The notes under the pieces were generated by a model that had not been told where the DNA came from, searched no databases, and saw only the letters and a program-made list of their open reading frames with translations. A program made the translations under genes and the position numbers. From Octopus bimaculoides (taxonomy: Eukaryota), in assembly GCF_001194135.2 (NCBI RefSeq), contig NC_068991.1, forward strand, positions 8,238,256 through 8,288,397: a DNA stretch of 50,142 nucleotides, given 5' to 3'. The stretch's first letter is position 1; the number at the start of each line of letters is the position of its first letter. Below are positions 44,881 through 50,142 of the stretch, piece after piece.

Positions 44881-45324
44881 TACCTCCAATAAGACAACGA
44901 ACTGACAGAATCATTAGAATGCATGGCCATAGTCTAATGACTGAAACAAGTAAAACATAAAAGATGTGTGGCTACAGTCCAATACCAAATGAAGAAGTTG
45001 ATAGAGATGAGTGTGAATTGAGATACTCGCCAGAAAATAAATTCAATACAAATTCCTGTCATCGAAATTTAGTTTTCATCACTTTGGGACTCAAAATACC
45101 AAGGAAGTCAAGAAAAAAAGAAAAAGCAATTCAGCCTGTGGTTTATGGCCTTCACTGAAGTTCTGCCAGAGAAATCTCAAGAGAAACATAATTCACAATG
45201 CAAAATGTAGGCAACCCGAGAAGCATCATACAAAATTTGAGGATAAGCTTCAGATTTAAGGGCTAATAAATTATTACTGAAGAATAGTGATTTAGTGAAA
45301 TTTAAAAAAAAAAAAAGAAAAAGG

Positions 45325-45735
45325 TACAGGCATGGCTGTGAAGTAAGCTTACTTTCCAACCACATAGTTCAGGGTTCAGTCTCACTGTGTGATACCTTGG
45401 GCGAGTGTCTTCAACTATAGGCTCAGGCTGACCAAAGCCTTGCAAGTGGATTTGATAGATAGAAGATGAAAGAAGCCCCCCCCCCACCATACATGTATGT
45501 GTGTGTGTATGTTTATCTCCTTGTCTTGACAAGGCATGATAGGTATAAAAGAGTGTCATTATCAGGCAAACAGCACATTTAGTTTTCAGTCTTTATGATA
45601 ACACATCTGGCCATAGGGAAACAGATGAGGATTGGTGACAGGGAGGGCATCTAGCCATAGAAAATCTGCCTCAATAGACTGTCTGTCTTGTGCAAAGCAT
45701 GGAAAAGTGGAAATTAAAATAATGGTGATGATGAG
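45325..45735 (+). mobile_element. Family-A SINE joined to an RTE-type tail
   Basis: Head at 45325; GGGCATCTAGCC...GCATGGAAAAG...(GAT)n. Confidence 0.7.
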
Positions 45736-46089
45736 TGACAGAATTAAAGGACTTAGAATTATAAGACAAAAATGTTTAATGGACCCCAGTTGAGAACCCC
45801 TGATCTAAAGGACGAAAGGAAGCAGACTTAAGACAGAAAGTGAATTAGGGCTAAACCCTGAATGGAAGGAAAGAAGTTTGTTTATAATTCATGCCGTTTT
45901 GTTTAAAGTTTTTCCTCTAGCATCTAGTTGAATTTTCACAAAATGCTAAGTCAGTTTTAAGTAAAGAATATTGAGCAAGCATTCAAGTTGGGTTTTGGGT
46001 ATTTCTTTTGAGCAAACATACTAACTCAGCTCCCTTCAGTTGACAAGTCTTGTCTTGTGAGTTACTTGGTGACACTACTTGGACTGGTG

Positions 46090-46252
46090 TCATGTAAAAA
46101 GCCCCCAGTAAATTCTGTGAAGTGTCTAACTTTAGGAAGGACATCGAATTATAGAAACCATGCCAAAACAGACATCGGAGATTGGCAGCAACTTCTGGCT
46201 CATTGGCTTCTGTCAAACCGTCCAACCCATGCCAGCATGGAAAACAGATGTT

Positions 46253-46285
<33 letters not shown>
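46090..46285 (+). mobile_element. RTE-LINE 3'UTR fragment with (GAT)n tail
   Basis: CCGTCCAACCCATGCCAGCATGGAAAAC...(GAT)n. Confidence 0.78.
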
Positions 46286-46286
<1 letters not shown>

Positions 46287-47569
46287 GTCAATCAAACTGA
46301 TAGAACAGAAAAAAGATTTGAGAATATCAGCAATGAACAAAATGCCCTAAATTTAGAATATAACAGCAGTCAAAATGTCTCTATAAACCATATCAACTCA
46401 TAATGATGATTTCTAGTTTCTGCAACAGGAAATGGATGAAGGAATATATCATACCCAAAATAAAATACGAGTTTGGCACTTATTCCTAACACAATAACAT
46501 AAGAAATAATTATACAAACTGCCTAATGTGTTAATTATATGGTCTGTATCCAAAGCTGGCCCTCAGTTTGCTGGTACCCTGGAATGTTGAAATTTGGTAC
46601 CCTTTCAGGTATAGCTAAAAAAATTTATAACAAAGATTTTAAAAAATCTACAAATGCATACTAAGTGTTAGAATAAAATATTTTATCTTATTTTCAATTT
46701 TTTCCCCCTTTATATTTCTGATGATATCCCAAACATATGAAGCGGTGTCCCCAAGAATGTGATACCCCAGGTGACCAGCACTTCAGCCAGTCTTGTTTAT
46801 ACCCATGGACAAGACACTCATTCCTCAAAAGCAAAGCCCACCAAGTTTTAAGTCTCAAAGATAGCATGGTTCACTACTGTAAACAGAAGCAGCAATAGGG
46901 TTCCTTAGTTTTATTCATTTAAATCCAATTCATCCCATGGGAATAGCTACTTGCTCCAGTCCAATAAATTCTTATGGTCTGGAAAAAATTTGCTTATTAG
47001 GTAATATGTACCAGCAAGAAGAATGAAGCTTCCTGTCCAGAGTTACAATGAAACATCTACAGTGAATAAGAATTCACAATTTAAGACCTGATAGGTAGTC
47101 TAATTGCTTATTCACATGGCCATTTCTGTGGAGACAATATTGAGCAGTCAATATTTCTCAGATTCAAAGAGAGAAGAAATTACCGACAAACACGACTGAA
47201 CAGAATATAGCAGGGGAAGAAAGTTAAAAACCAGTTATGATTTTCTTCCGAGCACAAATAAGTGTTCCTTCATGATGAAATAGTTTTACAGTTTGTTTTT
47301 TTTTCCCCCCATTTTTTTTTTAAGTAAAATTTTTCCTTGCAGCACTTAACATTTATAATATATGGCTTGACTGGACCATATATATATTGCATTAAGTTTC
47401 TGTAACAGAGTTGATATTTTAAGATGTTAATACAAGCTTTAGAAGGGACAGGGCTCTTAATTCAGTTATTTTTTACCTTTCTACCTTTACATGCACTGCC
47501 TTGAAGAATTTAGTTGAAATTGACCTTAGTACATTTTTTTTTTTTATCTGGTATTTATTCTATCAGCCA

Positions 47570-47797
47570 CTTTTGCCAAACCACTAAGTTACATGTTACA
47601 GGGATGTAAACAAACAAACACTAACACATGCACATTTGTATGACAGGTTCCCAGTTTCCATCTACCAAAGTCACTCACAAGGAATTGGTCGGCCCACAGC
47701 TATAGTAGAAGACACTTGCTCAAGGTGCTATACAGTGGGATTGAACCCAAAACAATGTGGTTGCAAAATAAGCTTCTTAACCACACAGCCATGCCTG
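47570..47797 (-). mobile_element. Family-A SINE
   Basis: Reverse complement of head and body. Confidence 0.8.
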
Positions 47798-48969
47798 TGT
47801 CCATGGTGACATGCTTTTTTTTCTATTGCCAATTTCCATCTTGAAATATTAGATTTCAACTTTGTAGACTGGATAGAAAAGCACCAGCTAGCAATTAGCA
47901 GTTACTAATGATTAAAGACTTGGAAAAAAAAACAAAAAATTGTGAACTACTGTTATTAAAAGAACCAAGATTTATTAGAAAGGAAAAGACAGTTCAAGAG
48001 AGGCAGTTTTAGAAATGAAACCAACCTCGTGTCAACATGGAAGACATGAAGCCAAGATTAATGATTTATAAGGAGAAAACTAGAAATGTGTGCACAAGTT
48101 TCAATTATGGTTATTATATCTGACCAGCCAAATGAGAAAAATAAATAGAAAGTTACAGAATGACATTTGTTATTCGAGAAATTTGCTGTTGTTTCTTGGG
48201 TTAACAGAATTGTAATTAACATTAATCTAGTTTTAAGCAAGATTATGTTACCATAGCGATATCTGACCAAATCAACTACATCATATTAAATAGAACCTTG
48301 TTTTAATTATAATATTGTCTGAAGACATTTTACATTATTTATTCCTTGTAACTAGATTTTTCATGTACAGTACAGCTCTTGTGAGTTATTCATCCCTTTT
48401 TTTTCTAATTCAATGTGCCCTTTGTCTGCCATATATACATACAAATGTATGTACATAGGTACATATGTATATATAGTTTTAAAATTATTGGTGCAACTTG
48501 ATAATAGGGTAAATGCTTACCCAATATTATTTAAATACCGTTTTGCTAGAGAATAAAAAAGCTTTCTGTTTATCCCAGCATATATATATGTATGAAAAGA
48601 CAATTATTTTTCTAGATTTAGATTTATGATAAAAGAGACTCGTTAGTTTCAATGTTGAAATACAAATATTTTTCACTTCAAACTATTGTGTCAATCAATG
48701 AAATAGGTTTACAAAGGAAATATTTTATTCTCATCTGTTAATTTTAATTTTGTTAATCAAACATGAACCTCAGAATACATCAGTTTGTTCATTCCTGAAG
48801 CTATGTCATCAAGTATTCAGTTTATCTATTAAAATAAATGTAGTTAATAGTAAATGCTGACTGACTCAAGGTGGTAAAATTTAAATAATTAAAAAAAAAA
48901 AAATGTTGATGTCAAAAGATTTTTTTAAAAAAAAACTCTAGGCATATAATATGAAATGTAAGTTAAATA

Positions 48970-49187
48970 TTGGCTTCAAATTTTGGCACAAGGCCAGCAA
49001 ATTTGGGGGAGGGGGCTAGTTGATTACATCGACCCTCAGTGATCAACTGGTACTTATTTTATCAACCCTGAAAGGATGAAAGGCAAAAAATCAACCTTGG
49101 CAGTATTTGAACTCAGAACATGAAGACAAATGAAATGCCACAGAGCATTTTGCCCGGCGTGCTAACGGTTCTGCGGGCTCACTGCCT
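48970..49187 (-). mobile_element. Family-B SINE
   Basis: Reverse complement of the family-B head and body. Confidence 0.8.
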
Positions 49188-49257
49188 TAATCTCAAATGA
49201 GAGTTAAATGTTTTTTTCCACCACAAATGGCAGAAAACAATTATTTGAAATAATAGA

Positions 49258-49600
49258 TGCAGCCATGTCTGTATGGGTAAGAAGCTTGCTTTCTTAACCA
49301 GGTGGTCTTGGGTACAGTCCCATTGTGCAGTACCTTGGGCAAGTATCTCCTACTATAGCCCGATGCTGGCCAGGGCCTGGTAAGTGAATTTGGTAGACAG
49401 AAACTGAAAGAAGCCCGTCGCGCATATGTGTGTGTGTGTCTGTGGTTTTTGTCCCACACTGCTGCTTGAGAAACGGTGCTGGTTTGTTTACATTTATGTA
49501 ACTTAGCAGTTCGACAAAGATATCCAACAGAATAAGTATTAGGCTTAAAAAGTAAACAGTCGGTCCAATTTGTTCAAGATGAAAAAAATAAAAGGTGTGT
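49258..49600 (+). mobile_element. Family-A SINE
   Basis: Head, GT core and tail recognisable. Confidence 0.78.
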
Positions 49601-49635
49601 AATACTTGTTCATTTGTAGTTATCCTGTCTTTCTT

Positions 49636-49670
<35 letters not shown>

Positions 49671-49701
49671 CACACACACACGTTTGTTCATTAGTAGTTA
49701 C

Positions 49702-49810
49702 CCTGCCATGAAAAGAAAGGAGAAGCTGTTGTTGGAATAATGATATTTGAGGATCTACTGCCTGGGGCAGAGAGAGATGCCAGTGTCAAACCAGATGTGA
49801 AGATACACAT
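49702..49810 (-). CDS. Weak candidate for LRP5/6 exon 1 ([17 protein letters not shown]...FSWQ-G)
   Basis: ATG with A at -3, 109 nt, phase-1 donor CAGG|GTAACT compatible with E2; but the signal peptide is poor. The true exon 1 may lie elsewhere or outside the window. Confidence 0.15.
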
Positions 49811-49865
49811 GCTTATAAATGAAAGACAGAGGCGGTGGGGCAGAATTGTTTTACTGACAAGAAGT

Positions 49866-50013
49866 GTAAGTATGTACGTATATACATACATACATATGTG
49901 TTTGTGTGTGTGTGTGTGTACATACATATATACATATATGTATGTGTACATATATATATGTACATATATATATATGTACACACATATATATATACATATA
50001 TATATATATACAT

Positions 50014-50052
<39 letters not shown>

Positions 50053-50142
50053 CACATATATATATACATATATACATACACATATATATATACATATATA
50101 TATACATATATATATACACATATATATATACATATATATATA
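49866..50142. repeat. Compound (TA)n/(CA)n/(TACA)n microsatellite
   Basis: Direct inspection; source of the spurious YIYI ORFs. Confidence 0.97.

Noticed and set aside
46920-46985. RIYWTGAS on the minus strand as an extra or duplicated YWTD exon
   Set aside because: The frame closes after 10 more codons with no propeller context; consistent with chance.

Overview
AT-rich, repeat-dense eukaryotic (animal) genomic DNA, not prokaryotic. It is probably an octopod cephalopod, inferred from the tRNA-SINE and RTE-LINE repeat families, which I recognise from memory and did not search. The scaffold has gaps (N runs at 639-666, 4694-5069, 11813-12403, 38378-38438, plus several ~10-N runs). The window holds one protein-coding gene on the minus strand: the Wnt co-receptor LRP5/6 (arrow orthologue). 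I traced 15 coding exons by hand (39276 to stop at 8204), numbered E2-E16 on the assumption of one upstream exon. All have GT-AG junctions with consistent phases and give one open frame of 4757 nt (~1585 aa): 4 YWTD propeller+EGF units, 3 LDLa modules, a TM helix and 5 PPP(S/T)P motifs. Two exons (EGF1 at 24690-24821 and 19078-19218) are missing from the ORF track in the correct frame. The signal-peptide exon 1 was not securely located. The rest is intron or probable 3'UTR filled with tRNA-SINEs, RTE/CR1/R4-Dong/Penelope relics, DNA-transposon MITEs (mariner, pogo, hAT, TTAA/piggyBac-type, a long foldback element), a 50-bp minisatellite and microsatellites. I found no convincingly new multi-gene system. 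The best leads are: (1) a sharply polar loss of introns, with one 1567-nt terminal coding exon where vertebrate LRP6 has about 9 exons; (2) an R4/Dong retroelement whose (TAA)n flank forms the splice donor of an intron not shared with human; (3) paired loss of a disulfide in LDLa2 and a 10-aa insertion in EGF3; (4) a 914-bp foldback element with an 8-bp TSD; (5) hammerhead-like motifs and near-perfect inverted SINE pairs in the pre-mRNA.
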